NCBI RefSeq assembly: GCF_020745735.1
Contig: NC_083411.1
Coordinates: forward strand, 89,390,328-89,454,327
Direction: 5' to 3'
DNA length: 64,000 nucleotides
DNA from: Hemiscyllium ocellatum
Taxonomy: Eukaryota
Part shown: positions 13,293-26,234 of the stretch, piece by piece
Layout: every line of letters starts with the position of its first letter
Position numbering within the stretch: the stretch's first letter is position 1
Notes under the pieces: generated by a model
What the model was told of the DNA's origin: nothing
Database searches by the model: none
The model's input: only the letters and a program-made list of their open reading frames with translations
Made by a program: the position numbers and the translations under genes

Positions 13293-14715
13293 GACTTTAG
13301 AAAAAGGTGTAAATACATGCAATGTAAAAAAAATCAAATGTTTTACATGACTCAGATGCCTACTTTAGAGTCACAGGAATGATGGAGAAAGGGAGAGAAA
13401 TTTTGTTTTCTAGTCTATAGTTTGAACTTAAGTTTAGGCACGACAGGGCTATGACTAAGCTTGACATGGCCTGTAGGCACATGCTCAGGAAGAGTCACCA
13501 GCTGCAGAAAGTAGAACCCTGAGATTCAGAAAAGTGATTGTGACAGATGACAACACCAAGAACTGTGAAGATGGCACTTTTATTTTTCCAGAGGGCAGGG
13601 CAGGAGAAGAATGCTTGCACATGCAGCTATCAAAGAAAGTGGATGCGAGTGCAGGACTGTCTTGTCTCACTGGTGACAGGAACAAAGCTATCACTGAGCT
13701 GTTCCAGTATATTTTTTTGCCAGAGGTTGTGATTGTGGTAACAATAACATAGGTAGAAAGAAGGATACAGCCCAAGATGCACAGATGAAGAATTTAAAAG
13801 AAGAAAAAAAAAGAGTTGGAAGAGGCGAGCTTCTAAAGCAGTACCACAAAACGAGAAGAAATAAACACAGACAATGGATTAGGAGGGAGGGTTTTCAATT
13901 TCAACAGTCTAATTCTGGGGCAGGTAGGTCTTGCACAAGGAGAACAGGTCACTTAAGATGTTGGAGAAAGGAAGGTTATTTGGCTCACAGTCTACTCAGC
14001 CATTCAATGAAATAGTGGCCAATCTGATAACCCTCAAATCCACTTTACTGCTTTATTCCCATACTGATTCTGATTCTTTTTAAAATAATTCTTCCTCAGT
14101 CCTTGAGCACACTACCTAGCCTCCACAGCTCTCTGCAGTCAAGAATTCTGCAGATTGACTTTCCTCAAAAAATTCCTCTTCATCTGTCTTAAACCCCTTA
14201 CTCAGATTATGTCCTCTGATCCTAGACTCTCCCACAAAGGAAATCAACCTCTCATCTAGCCAGTCAGGTCACCTAAGAATTTTACATATTACAATAAAGT
14301 TTCCTCTCATTCATTCTTCAAGTACAACGATCAGAAGTCTAACATACTCAACCTCTTTGCATTACAAAAGCCCTTCTTGCACATGGATGCCATCAAGTTG
14401 CATTCTCAACTGTTGCATTCTTTGGGATAACTATGATTTTAACCCAGTGACAGTGAAGGAACATTGATATAGCTCCAAACCAGGAAGGAGTGAGACTTGG
14501 AGGGAAACTTGCAGATGGTGGTGTTCCTTTGCTGCCCTTGTCCATCTAAAATGGTAGAGATTACAGTTTGTGAGATGTTGTTGAAGGAGCCTTTGGCAAT
14601 TACTGCATTGAAACTTATGGGTGGCACACAGCTTCCAGTGCTGAAGGGAATGAATGTCAAAGTTGTTAGATATGGCGCCAATTATGTAGGCTGCTTTGTG
14701 CCGATTGGTGTCAAA

Positions 14716-16135
14716 GAGATGTACAGCATGGAAACAGACCCTTCAGTCCAACTCATCCATGACCAGATATCCGACTCTAATATAGTCCCATTTGCCAGTA
14801 CTTGGCCCATATACCTCTAAACCCTTCCTATTCATATACTCATCCAGATGTCTTTTAAAAAAGGTTGTAACTGTACCATCCTCCACCACTGCTTCTAGCA
14901 GCTCATTCCACACAGGCACCACCCACTGTGTGAAAACATTGCCACCTAGGTCCCTTTAAATCTTTCCCCTGTCATCCCAAAGGTAGATCCTCTAGTTCTG
15001 GACGTCCCCACCCAGGGAAGAGACTTTGTCTATTTATCCAATCCATGCCCCTCATGATTTTATAAACCTCTAAGGATACCCCTCAGCCCCCAACACTCCA
15101 GGGAAAACAGACCCAGCCTGTTCAATTTCTCCCTCAAGCTCAAATCCTCCAACCCTGGCAACATCCTTGTAAATCTTTTCTGAACCCTTTCAAAACATCC
15201 TTCCGACCAGAATTGCACGCAATATTCCAAAAGTGGCCTAACCAACGTCCTGTACAGCTGTAACATGGCCACCCAACTCCTATACTCTACTGGTCAGAGC
15301 ATTAAGGAAAGCATACTACATGCCTTCTTCACTATCCTATCTACCTGCGACCCATTTTCAAGGAGCTATGAACTTCACTCCAAGGTCTTTGTTCAGCAAC
15401 AATCCCCAGGTCCTTACCATTATGGTGGATAAGTTCTGCTCTGAATTGCTTTTCCAAAATGCAGCACCTCGCAGTTGATCTAAATTAAACTCCATCGGCC
15501 ACTTCTCAGCCCGTTGGCCCATCTGATCAAGATCCCATTGTACTCTGAAGTAACCTTCTTCGCTGTCGCTACACCTCCAATTTTGGTGTCATCTGCAACA
15601 TCCAAATCATTTTATATAAATGACAAATGGACCCAGCACAGATCCTAGTAGCACTCCACTGATCACAGGCCTCCAGTCTGAAAAGCAACCCTCCACCATC
15701 ATCCTCTGTCTACCTTCAAGCCAGTTTTATATCCAAAATACTAGTTATCCCTGTATTCCATGAGATCTAAACTTGCTCACTAGTCTCCCAGGAGGAACCT
15801 TGCCGAATGCCTTACTGACGTCCATATAGATCATTCTATCACTCCGCCCTCATCAATCCTGTTTATTACTTCTTCATAAAACTCGATCAAGTTCCACGCA
15901 CAAAGCCATGTTGACTATCCCTAATCAGTCCTTGCCTTTTTAAATACATGTACATCCTGTCCCTCAGGATTTCTTCCAACACCTTGCCCACAACCAATGT
16001 CAGGCTCACTGGTTTATAGTTCCCTGGCTTTTCCTTACCACCTTTCTTAAACAGTGGCACCATGTTAGCCAACCTCCTGTCCTCCAGCACCGCACCTACG
16101 ACTATCGATGATATAAATATTGCAGCAAGGGTCCT
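14716..16135 (-). mobile_element. CR1 LINE, 5'-truncated and degraded
   Basis: ORFs 15887..16216 (VPLFKKGGKEKPGNYKPVSLT..DSQHGF) and 15060..15272 (LYRTLVRPLLEYCVQFW). Confidence 0.85.
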
Positions 16136-16437
16136 ATGTGCAACTTCAAACATCAGGCAAATGGAGAGTAACCTTTGACACTCCCAACTCATGCACTGCA
16201 GATGACAGATGGACAATGGGGAGAAAAAGGGCAGGAATTGCTTTCTGCTGAATTTCTAATCAGAGACCTGCTCCTGTAGAAAGTATTTTATGGCTGGCCC
16301 AGTTCACTTTCTGGTCAATGCTAACCTTGAACTTTGATAGCAGGAGATTCAGCAATTCTAATGCCATTGAACATCAATACAGGGGTAGATTCCCTTTACA
16401 GAGATGGGCACTAGCATACCACTAATGGGACAGTGAT

Positions 16438-17100
16438 ATAAGACCATAAGACATTGGCCTAACTTCTGCTCCCTTCAGCCAATCGGGTCTGCTCACCATT
16501 CAATCATGGCTGGCATATTTCTCAATCCCATTCTCCCCATAACCCTGGACAATCCAACCTATCTCAGTCTTAAATATACTCAACGACCTGGCCTCCACAG
16601 GCTTCTGTGGCAGTGAATTCCATAGATTCACCATACTCTGGCTGAAGAAGTTTCTCCTTCTCACCATTCTAAAAAGGTATTTTCTTTACTCTAAGGCTGT
16701 GTCTTGGGTCCTGGACACTCCCTCCAATGGAAACACCTTCCCAACATCCACTCTGTTCAGGCCAATCAGTATTCTGTAAGTTTCTATTAGATTTCCCCTC
16801 ATCCTTCTAAACTCTGAATACAGACCCAAAGTCCTCAAATGTTCTTCATGTGAGACGCTTTTCATTACTGGTTCCCTGGCTTTTCCTTACCACCTTAAAA
16901 CTGTGGTACCACGTTAGCCAACCTGCAGTCTTCCAGCATTCTTGTGAACCTCTGAACCCATTCCAGGACTAGTATATCCTTCCTGAGATATGGACCCAAA
17001 ACTGCACGCAATACTCTAATTGTGGTCAGACCAGAGCCTTAGAGACCCTCAGAAGTAGATCACTGCTTTTATATTCAAGTCCTCTCAAAATAAGCGCTAA
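16438..17100 (-). mobile_element. CR1 LINE 3' fragment, different subfamily
   Basis: Antisense EYCVQFW and RRNFFSQ..VNLWNSLP motifs; tail (ATAAGACC)n. Confidence 0.7.
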
Positions 17101-17829
17101 ATTGCACATCAGAAACATGCTATCAACCGTACTATACAGATAATGTCAGGTTGTTGTTTGATCAGTCTGACTGATGGGAACCAGAGGGAACTCTGATGCG
17201 AGAAAAACAAAACTAACAATTGTTAAGTATTGCTGTAGTAAACAAAAGTGAAAGTGGTACAAACAAGTACCAGCGAGTCAAAATGTGGAATAGAATAATG
17301 TTAAAAGCACATAGTTAAAAGGCACTCTGAATGCATGCAGTTTTCATAATAAAGCAGGTGAATTGACAGGAGAAATAAGCCAGCATGATCTGGTTGTGAT
17401 GGAGATGGGATTTAAGAGCGGCCATTGGCAGGCATGAATATTAAAAAAAAAGACATTTAGGAAAGATAGGCCTCAAGGAAAAGGTGGGTTAATTATGATA
17501 AGGGATAAGAACACTGTTAGTAAGGAAAAAGTATGGAGTCAAGAAACATCAAAGGGCGGTGTTGAGGGCGGGGATCAGGAGGGGGGTGTTGGGGCTGGGG
17601 ACGGTGTTGGAGTCAGTGGGGGGGGGCCGGACAGAATTGGTGGTGGGGGATTCGCGCGCTGTGCGCTACTGCAGTCTCCTGAACGGGGAGCAGACTTTGA
17701 ACACACCAAGCCCCAGAGGAAAAAGGCATTTAAAATCGATTAACTGAATAATCGATTACCTGAATGAAATACTGCCTGCCCATCATGTTTGGATACTTGA
17801 GGTCCCCCTGTAGTGTTTCGTGCAGAACG

Positions 17830-19490
17830 TCCTGGACAAGCAGAACAGACAACACAACGGGGAACCTATCAACAAGGACTGTTTACTCAAACTACTAGAC
17901 TTGTGCTTGACGACACTTCACATTCAACAACCAAATATATGAACAACTTAGTGGAACACCAATGTGCTCACCAATTTCTGGGCAAATAGCAGAAGCAATG
18001 ATGCAAAGACTGGAATAAACATCTGTCCCACAAATCCAACCCAAACTCTGGATCAGATAAGTGGACAACACTTTTGTTATCATTAAGAGAACAGAAATTT
18101 CACATGCACACACACCGGATCATCAATACCATGCTCACAGGGATCACATTTAGAAGAGGAAGAAACCAACAATCAATTCCCATTCCTGGACGTGATGGTA
18201 GAAAGAACATAGAATGGTAAATGCATCAAAATGTACAAGAAAACCATATGCACATGCTGACCAGGCCCTGAACAACGCAGAAACCACAAACACACACAAG
18301 AGATGCTGTACAAAAGGGCAAAAAACATTGCAACACTCCTGACCTATGAAGGGAATAACCCCTCTACAGAGTATCCGCCAACAATGTATATCCCTGCAAC
18401 TTCATCTGCAGATGCCGAACAGACGAACAACGCGACTAGGAAATGCCACTATCCATGCTACCTTACATGAAAAGGTCTCAGAACTGACAGCCAGACTTCT
18501 CCAACCATTGGGATTCAAGAAAACCCATAAACCAATAGCCAGGTTCAGGCAACTTAAATTCTGGATTAATGGTGCCGGAAAAGCACAGCAGATCAGGCAG
18601 CATCCGAGGAGCAGTAAAATCCTGTGGTGGCAGGGGAAGGTGCCAGGACGGGAGGGTGGGTTGTAGGGGGGCGTGGACCTGACCAGGTCGTCACAGAAAG
18701 CCTGTGCCCACACCACTTTCCTCACCTCCATCCAAAGCCCTAAAGGAGCCTTCCACATCCATCAAAGTTTTACCTGCACATCCACCAATATCATTTCTTG
18801 TACCCATTGCTCCCAATGCGGTCTCCTCTACATTGGGGAGACTGGGCACCTCCTAGCAAAGCGCTTTAGGGAACATCTCTGGAACATCTGCACCAATCAA
18901 CTACAGCGCCCTGTGGCCCAACATTTCAACTCCCCCTCCCACTCTGCTGAGGACATGGAGGTCCTGGGCCTCCTTCACCGTCGCTCCCTCACCACCAGAC
19001 GCCTGGAGGAAGAACACCTCATCTTCTGCCTCAGAACACTTCAATCCCAGGGAATCAATGTAGACTTCAGTTTCCTCATTTCCCCTTCCCCCACCTCACC
19101 CCAGTTCCAAACTTCCAGTTCAGCACTGTCCCCATGACTTGTCCTACCTGCCTATCTTTGTTTCCACCTATCCACTCCACCCTGACCTATCACCTTCACC
19201 CCTCCCCGACTCACCTATTGTACTCTATGCTACTTTCTCCCTACCCCACCCACCTCTCATTTATCTCTCCACCCTTCAGGCACTCTGCCTGTATCCCGAA
19301 ATGTCGATTTTACTGCTCTTTGGATGCTTTCTGAGCTGCTGTGCTTTTCCAGCACCACTAATCCAGAATCTGGTTTCCAGCATCTGCAGTCATCATTTTT
19401 ACCTCCGACAACTCAAAGCAGAAGACCCTATACCCGTCACTTGCAAGACAAACGTAATTTACAAGATATCCTGAACAAAAGACTGCATGA
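17830..19490 (+). mobile_element. Old Penelope-like element (family A type), interrupted by a family B insertion
   Basis: RT remnants (GTPMCSPISG, VDNTFVI, FLDVMVER) and DPIPVTCKTNVIYKI; RQLK is duplicated on both sides of the nested insertion. Confidence 0.7.
18558..19404 (+). mobile_element. Penelope-like element, family B (Cys-rich GIY-YIG 3' part), with inverted tail-less arm
   Basis: ORF 18673..19137 FTCTSTNIISCTHCSQCGLLYIGETG..RFREH..VAQHFN; ~63-bp inverted repeat 18559-18621 vs ~19306-19369; imperfect TSD GCAACTTAAA/ACAACTCAAA. Confidence 0.85.
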
Positions 19491-19529
19491 AACCTGGAGA
19501 ATTTTATTCAACTGGCACATTCAACTTAC

Positions 19530-19675
19530 CTTGATCAAGTCTGCACATGAGACTGCGGCAAGCAGCTTCAGTCTCTCGGCTAGGATGATCAAGCACCTGC
19601 CTGCACCATTTGAGAGGACTTTGTGCCTTCTGGTTTGCATCTGTTGTTGCTGTCTTCTTTGGTGAAACATATAAC
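19530..19675 (-). CDS. SLAIN motif-containing protein-like, coding exon 2
   Basis: aaaag|G..CAAG|gtaagt, 146 nt, phase 2/1; (W)[48 protein letters not shown] matches the SLAIN-family LYxSPKK..SPLxWCRQVLDxPSP..LDQ block. Confidence 0.92.
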
Positions 19676-19993
19676 CTTTTAAACAAAAAATAAATCAGAA
19701 AACAGTTCCTTCTGCAGATATGCAACTTCAGACTAACATGCAGTAAGAGTGACAACAAGGAACTATATGGATAAAGATAATTTGGGCTTAAACCCTCATT
19801 ATCCAAATGACTATAGCAACATAGCTCTCCTTCTATTAATAGAGTCGTAAAGTGGGGTCTACAGCACAAAAACAGGTCTTTCGACCCAATTTGCCCATAT
19901 GGCCCAGTTTTCACAATTTAAACTAGTTCCATTTGCCTATGTTTTGTCTATGCGCCTCCATACACCTCTCTAAATGGTTCTTAAATGATGAAA

Positions 19994-20672
19994 TTGTTGT
20001 TGTGGTTCTGTTCGCCGAGCTGGAAGTTTTTGCTGCAAACGTTTCGTTCCCTGGCTAGGGAACATCATCAGTGCTATTGGAGCCTCCTGTGAAGCGCTGT
20101 TTTGATGTTTCTTCCGGTATTTATAGTGGTTTGTTCTTGCCGCTTCCGGGTGTCAGTTTCAGCTGTAGTGGTTTGTATATGGGTTCCAGGTCCATGTGTC
20201 TGTTAATGGAGTTTGTGGATGAATGCCATGCCTCTAGGAATTCCCTGGCTGTTCTCTGTCTGGCTTGTCCTATGATGGTATGTTTTCCCAGTCAAATTCA
20301 TGTTCCTGGTTGTCTGAGTGTATGGCTACTAGGGATAGCTGGTCGTGTCGTTTTGTGGCTAGCTGATGTTCATGGATGCGGATTGTTAGCTGTCTTCCTG
20401 TTTGTCCTATATAGTGTTTTGTGCAGTCCTTGCATGGTATTTTGTAAACTACGTTAGTTTGGCTCGTGCTGGCTATTGGGTCCTTTGTTCTAGTGAGTTG
20501 TTGTCTGAGTGTGGAAGTTGGCTTGTGTGCTGTTATGAGTCCTAAGGGTCGCAGTAGTCTGGCTGTCAGTTCTGAGACGCTCCTGACGTATGGTAGTGTG
20601 GCTAGTCCTTTTGGTTGTGGCATGTCCTTGTTCCGTGGTCTATCTCTTAGGCATCTGGTGATAAAGTTGCGA
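19994..20672 (-). mobile_element. Penelope-like element, family A2, 3' part (GIY-YIG)
   Basis: ORF 20270..20680: LPYVRSVSELTARLL..TNVVYKIPCKDCTKHYIGQTGRQLTIRIHEH. Confidence 0.9.
20035..20074 (-). ncRNA. Minimal hammerhead ribozyme, PLE family A2
   Basis: gca-CUGAUGA-U-GUUCCCU-agcc-AGGGAAC-GAAA-CGUU-ugc; stems I and II show compensatory changes relative to the 9710 copy. Confidence 0.8.
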
Positions 20673-22834
20673 ACACGCAATAGTCATGCTGTTAAATTAT
20701 ACAAAAGTTGGTTAAAGTGCACTTTTTTTAAAAATAAAAAGTAGTTAAGTCATTATGAACATTATGAAGCTAGACTGCTTCAGGGTCAGATGGTGTTGTT
20801 GCAATTTTTTTTACTACCGAAATTCAACAAAAAGAAAAATCTTGCCTGGTTGGAACTGTGACCAACAGACGCAGGCTCACCTAACTGCCTTGACTATGTG
20901 CTAAAAAAGTACATGGGGCCATCAACGCTCTCCAGTTAATACACTACTGTTCAATTCTATGTTTTGCTTATATGCATGGAGTTAAGCACAAAAACCTCCA
21001 AGTTGTCATCCAAATTACCCTTTGCCTCCACAGAACAGATAATTATAGTGATTTATCAATGAATTCTACAAAGAAATTAATGCAAATTCAAAGTTATGGC
21101 AAAGCTGCATTCATTTTTAGTAGCATGATCAGCCAATCTGGTTCTGACAAATGGTCTTGAGTCTTATTCTTGGAAAAATCTACAAAATTTGTTACTTTAC
21201 TCATCTCTTTTCCATTTATATTGATCTCTGTATCAGATGCAATCTAATTTGTATTTGTTGTTTTCTACTTCCTGGTTTGGATCCTGCCTCTTCATGGGCA
21301 TTCTGCAACTTTGTTGGTTTAAGATCGTAGGACCATAAAATACAGAAACAGAACTAGGCCATTCCACCCATTGATTCTGCACTGTGATTAAGAGCACAGT
21401 TGTCACAATTGTGGCAGTCAACAAAAGCAAACCAGGATTCTCCTGTGTCATTGATCTGAAAATTCAAGCTATGATAGCAAAGTATAGGACCAGAAAAGAA
21501 AATTATATAACGTATTTCACACCAACCAGAGAGAAAATAAAAACAAAGATCTTCATAGTAAAAGATCTTCTGATGTAAAAATACAATAATTCTTAAAACA
21601 AAAACAGTGTGACCAACCCAAACAAATTATAAAACAACTCAAAAGTTAAGCAATGGCACAATCTGCTTTGTAGGTCCTGGTTGAAGGACAAAATGTTAAA
21701 AGATAATGGGTGAGATCTTTGGTCTTCAAAATAAATTCCAAACTTCCAAATCAACGTGAAGTTCAATTTAACATCACAGCATAAAGAAACATTCATATCT
21801 TGACCCACATCAACTGCAGAGCAAGTGTGTACACAGCTGACCTTGTTTAAAACAGCGTGCTTATCTTTTTACACTGGAGGCTTGGGGCTTTCCAGTTCCA
21901 CCTCATTCCCTCTCAGAACGTCTGGGAGAGTATTTCAAAGATTCCGTGCTGAGATTTGAGATTGGTCGACAATCTCCAACATTCTACTGAGAAAGAAGCA
22001 AAATCTCTGAAGTGTCCAGGATGTTAGTAATTTAGCATTATAGTAATTAAGCTTTATAGCAGCTTATTTTTGACTAACAATAATGGATCTGTTCCGGTAG
22101 TAGTTCCAGCTGGGAAGCATTTTCAAATTGAATTAGTGTTCCTGTCTTTACATCCTCATCCTATAATGACTAGATTTTTAACAAGAAACCTATAACTTTG
22201 TACAGTTATCAGTGAACTATGATATCTGAACAACAGATCATCAAACTGAATGACAACCTTATTTAAAAGGCTTTTCTTTAGCAAGAAAAGGGGCTGGCCA
22301 TACTGTTCAGTATTTCTCACGTTCCACCAACACTGCCCTCTATAAGTACTAGTCTCAACTTCACCATCTCACTCACACCATTTCTACCCAGCAAGGTTGT
22401 AGGTCAATTTAACCAAACTACATACTCACCATCACTTTCAACTACCAGCTCACCAATCTTCATCTCTCTCTACTCTTCTCTGTAGAATACCACTCAGTTG
22501 CAACAAGACCTATCTGGCTCCTCAGGTTATTTTAAAGAATACTGGATTTCACCCTGGTGTTTTTGATATTGATACAAAAAAAGGTTCAGTTGCCTATCAT
22601 AATTACGAACTTGCGCACAGATTGTCATGGTTCCCTTCAAATAGTGACTACACTTTCAACAATTTACAAAAAAAGTTAAACAAACCTCCAAGATCTGCAT
22701 TCCTTTAGCCCTCTATTTGAGACGGCCTTTAATTATTTAGGTTCCAAGTTATGGAAATTCAGCTTCTAAACGCTTGTTTGGCTTTCTTCCTAGATGATTC
22801 TTTCTATCAAGTTTTGTCTCCATTTTTAGAACAG

Positions 22835-23095
22835 AGTCATAGAATGCCTGAAATGTGGAAACCAGCCATTTGACCCATTGAGTCCACGCTGACCCTCTGA
22901 ACAGTATTCCACCCAGCGCCACCTCCCAGCATATCCCCATAACCTTGCAATTCCCATGGCAAATCCACCTAAATCCACATCTTTGGACTGTGGGAGGAAA
23001 CTAGCACCCCCACAAGGAAGCCCACACAGACACAGGGATGGGCAAACTCCACACAGCAATCAGAGGTGGAACTGAACTTGGTCCCATGCCTCGCC
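22835..23095 (-). mobile_element. HE1-like V-SINE, degraded
   Basis: Antisense V-domain (ACATCTTTGGACTGTGGGAGGAAAC...AAACTCCACACAG) and CR1-like tail. Confidence 0.75.
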
Positions 23096-23099
23096 AATG

Positions 23100-24226
23100 G
23101 CACAGTGGTTAGTATCTGCTCATCTGTCTGGATGCCAATTTATCCGACGAGGTGCCTCATGATGTTACTATGTTAAAAATGTTATGTAAAAAGTAAATTC
23201 ACATAGTTGTATCCAACAGCTATGCAATGTCAGTTAAGCTGGTTAGCGTCATTGAATTCACCCGAGCCATCTTCCATTTCATTTGGAGATCAAGGACATG
23301 TACAAAACTCTGGATAACGTAAGGAAGAACGTTGCCAACACAACCCTCATCCAGATAACCACCCACGTGTAGCTGCATCAAGCTCTGTGCAGATCCTCGG
23401 TACACAAACACCAAGTGTCACTTGTACTGAGGTTCTATCTGGCACCGGTGTTACAAAGGATGGTCTGGCCTAGTTTGGCTCCAAGTCATTGGACCACTCC
23501 ATATCTGTTTTTTCCCCTCGCAAATGTCTTCATTAAGGACATCTTCAATCACAAGTCCATCAGGAAGTGGAAAGCACAAAGCATCCTTGAGACCCTGTGG
23601 GACATAAAAGTGGGCCCTGTCGGGTTGTTTCTTGAGCAGACTATCATAGTCTTTTGCATAACGCCTCATCACCAGAATTTTTGAAACGCGCCCATACATT
23701 ACTTGGCTGGTGGTGAGGAGACAATACCTGGGAGATCCTTCATGTATGCCTGGAGTCTGTGGTACCACTACTAGGTGGGGTGATGGAGACTGTAATACAC
23801 CTACTGGAATGTGCCCTTGCAAGGGAAGCCTGGAGAGAGATCCAGTGGTTTTTGTCAATGTTCGTCTGGGGGACACACTGAGGCAAAGATTGATTCTGCC
23901 TGGAGGACCATCGACTCAGTGAAATATGCTCTTTAGTCTGTCCAAAATCTGGTGGTATTCCAGAACAAGAAGTGGATGCCGAATGAGTTTTGCAGACTGT
24001 CACATTCCAAATCTAGGACTATGTGCTGAGGTGTGTATTAAAGTTTGCGGCAGCTGCTGCCAAGGCACAACAGGAAAAGAAAACTGTTTAAGGTCATTCT
24101 GCCAGAATTAAATGGGGTTCATTCAGTTATCAAACATTTCCCACCCCCAACAGTGGCTCAAGTATATGTAAATACTGTCTTGCACAAGTACGTACTTTTT
24201 ACGAATAAAGTATGTTTTTGAAATTA
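23100..24226 (+). mobile_element. L1-clade (Tx1-like) LINE 3' fragment, decayed
   Basis: C-terminal zinc-knuckle remnant ETVIHLLECALAREAW (~23787-23836); ends in AATAAA plus an A/T-rich terminus; many frameshifts. Confidence 0.6.
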
Positions 24227-24399
24227 AGGCTGGTTTGCGATGCAGAACAACACCAACAGCATGGATTCAATTCCCACAGTTACCATAAAGTACCTAGCAA
24301 CCTCTCCTCTAGCCTGAGGCATGGTGACCCTCAGGTTAAACTGCTACCAGTCTGATGAGAGAGCAGCCCTATGATCTGGCAAGACTATGGTGAGTTTTG

Positions 24400-25350
24400 T
24401 TGCTGTTTGTCATCTTTATAAATGATCTAGAGGAGGGGCTTGAAAGCTGGGTGAGCAAGTTTGCGGATGACGCAAAGGTCGGTGGAGTTGTGGACAGTGA
24501 AGAAGGATGTGGCAGGTTACAGCGGGATTATAGATAGGTTGCAGAGCTGGGCAGAAAGGTGGCAGATGGAATTCAATGTAGCTAAGTGTGAAGTCATTCA
24601 CTTTGGTAGGAGTAACAAGAAGATGGATTACTGGGCTAATGGTAGGCTACTTGGTAGTGTGGATGAGCAGAGGGATCTTGGTGTCCATGTACACAGATCT
24701 CTGAAAGTTGCCACCCAGGTAAATAGTGCTGTGAGGAAGGCATATGGTGTACTGGGCTTTATTGGTAGAGGAATTGAGTTCCGGAGTCCTGAGGTCATGT
24801 TGCAGTTGTATAAGACTATGGTGCGGCCTCATCTGGAGTATTGTGTGCAGTTTTGGTCGCCATACTATAGGAAGGATGTGGAGGCATTAGAACGAGTGCA
24901 GAGGAGGTTTACCAGGATGTTGCCTGGCATGGTAGGAAGATCGTATGAGGAAAGGCTGAGGCACTTGGGCCTGTTCTCATTGGAGAAAAGAAGGTTTAGG
25001 GGAGATTTGATAGAGGTGTATAAGATGATTAGGGGTTTAGATAGGGTAGACACTGAGAACCTTTTACCGCTAATGGAGTCAGCTGTTACTAGGGGACACA
25101 GCTTTAAATTAAGGGGTGGTAGGTATAGGACAGATGTTAGGGGTAGATTCTTTACGCAGCGGGTTGTGAGTTCATGGAATGCCCTACCAGTAGCAGTGGT
25201 GAACTCTCCCTCTTTATGGTCATTTAAGCAGGAATTGGATAGGCATATGGAAGTTATTGGGCTAGTGTAGGTTAGGTAGGATTTGGTCGGCGCAACATCG
25301 AGGGCCGAAGGGCCTGTACTGCGCTGTATTTTTCTATGTTCTATGTTCTA
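24400..25350 (+). mobile_element. Young CR1 LINE, 5'-truncated
   Basis: KFADD motif and ORF 24461..25270 (RT C-terminus); 3' hairpin and (CTATGTT)n tail; same subfamily as 60707..62096. Confidence 0.95.
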
Positions 25351-25367
25351 GTCTATATTAAAAAGTT

Positions 25368-25590
25368 AGAGCTGAAAATGTGCTGCTGGAAAAGCGCAGC
25401 AGATCAGGCAGCATCCAAGGAGCAGGAGAATCGACGTTTCGGTCATGAGCCCTACAGGCGAGCTCATTCTTCATTCCTCATGCCCAAAACGTCGATTCTC
25501 CTGCTCCTTGGATGCTGCCTGACCTGCTGTGCTTTTCCAGCAGCACATTTTCAGCTCTAATCTCCAGCATCTGCAGTCCTCACTTTCTCC
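25368..25590. mobile_element. Fold-back mini-element derived from the PLE family B 3' end
   Basis: Two inverted arms of the same 3' sequence; perfect 17-bp TSD CTATATTAAAAAGTTAG at 25353-25369 and 25590-25606. Confidence 0.85.
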
Positions 25591-26234
25591 TATATTAAAA
25601 AGTTAGTCTGGTTTAATTTCAATTTCAGCTCTAAATCAAAATTACCATATACTACTTTATTTAAGCAAGATAGGCTGCATCCAAAGTTTTAAAATGGAGA
25701 CGAGAGGAAACTTGCTTCATGAAAAGAAGCCATTTCAAGTAATTAGTTTATTGGTTTTAGTGTATTTGGAGGTCAAGTTTTCCAACATTTTTTAAATGAT
25801 ATACCTAAGCATACAGCTTCATTAGTTTAAACTTAGCAATTCTATATATTTAACATCAACAGGTAAAAGCTTTGCAGCCAATACCTCTGATTTTAAATGG
25901 TTCACCTCATTTAAGCGTAATGTATATTGACTAAAACATGAAAAAAATATATAAACATGAGAACAAGCAGCGAACGAATCATCCTCAATGGGAAAATAAA
26001 GGAAGTAGCTTAAAAGTGATCCAAATACTTGGCCGATAAAATCCTGCTGCCAAAGGAATGCGATATCGACAGCTAATGTCCTAAAACTGACCTGGGAGAA
26101 CACTACAAGACCAGATCGACAACTTTTCGGAAAAGGACATCACGGATTTCATGAGACAGTTCAAAATGTCGGGATAGGTGCACTGCAATCAGACTGGGGA
26201 GGATAACCACGCGGTTCTGTTTGGCAACACTTAC

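Noticed and set aside
17545-17760. G-rich, CpG-containing stretch as a possible internal promoter
   Set aside because: It is sandwiched between CR1 and PLE remnants, has no CCAAT/NRF1 cluster or adjacent exon, and is more likely a repeat fragment.
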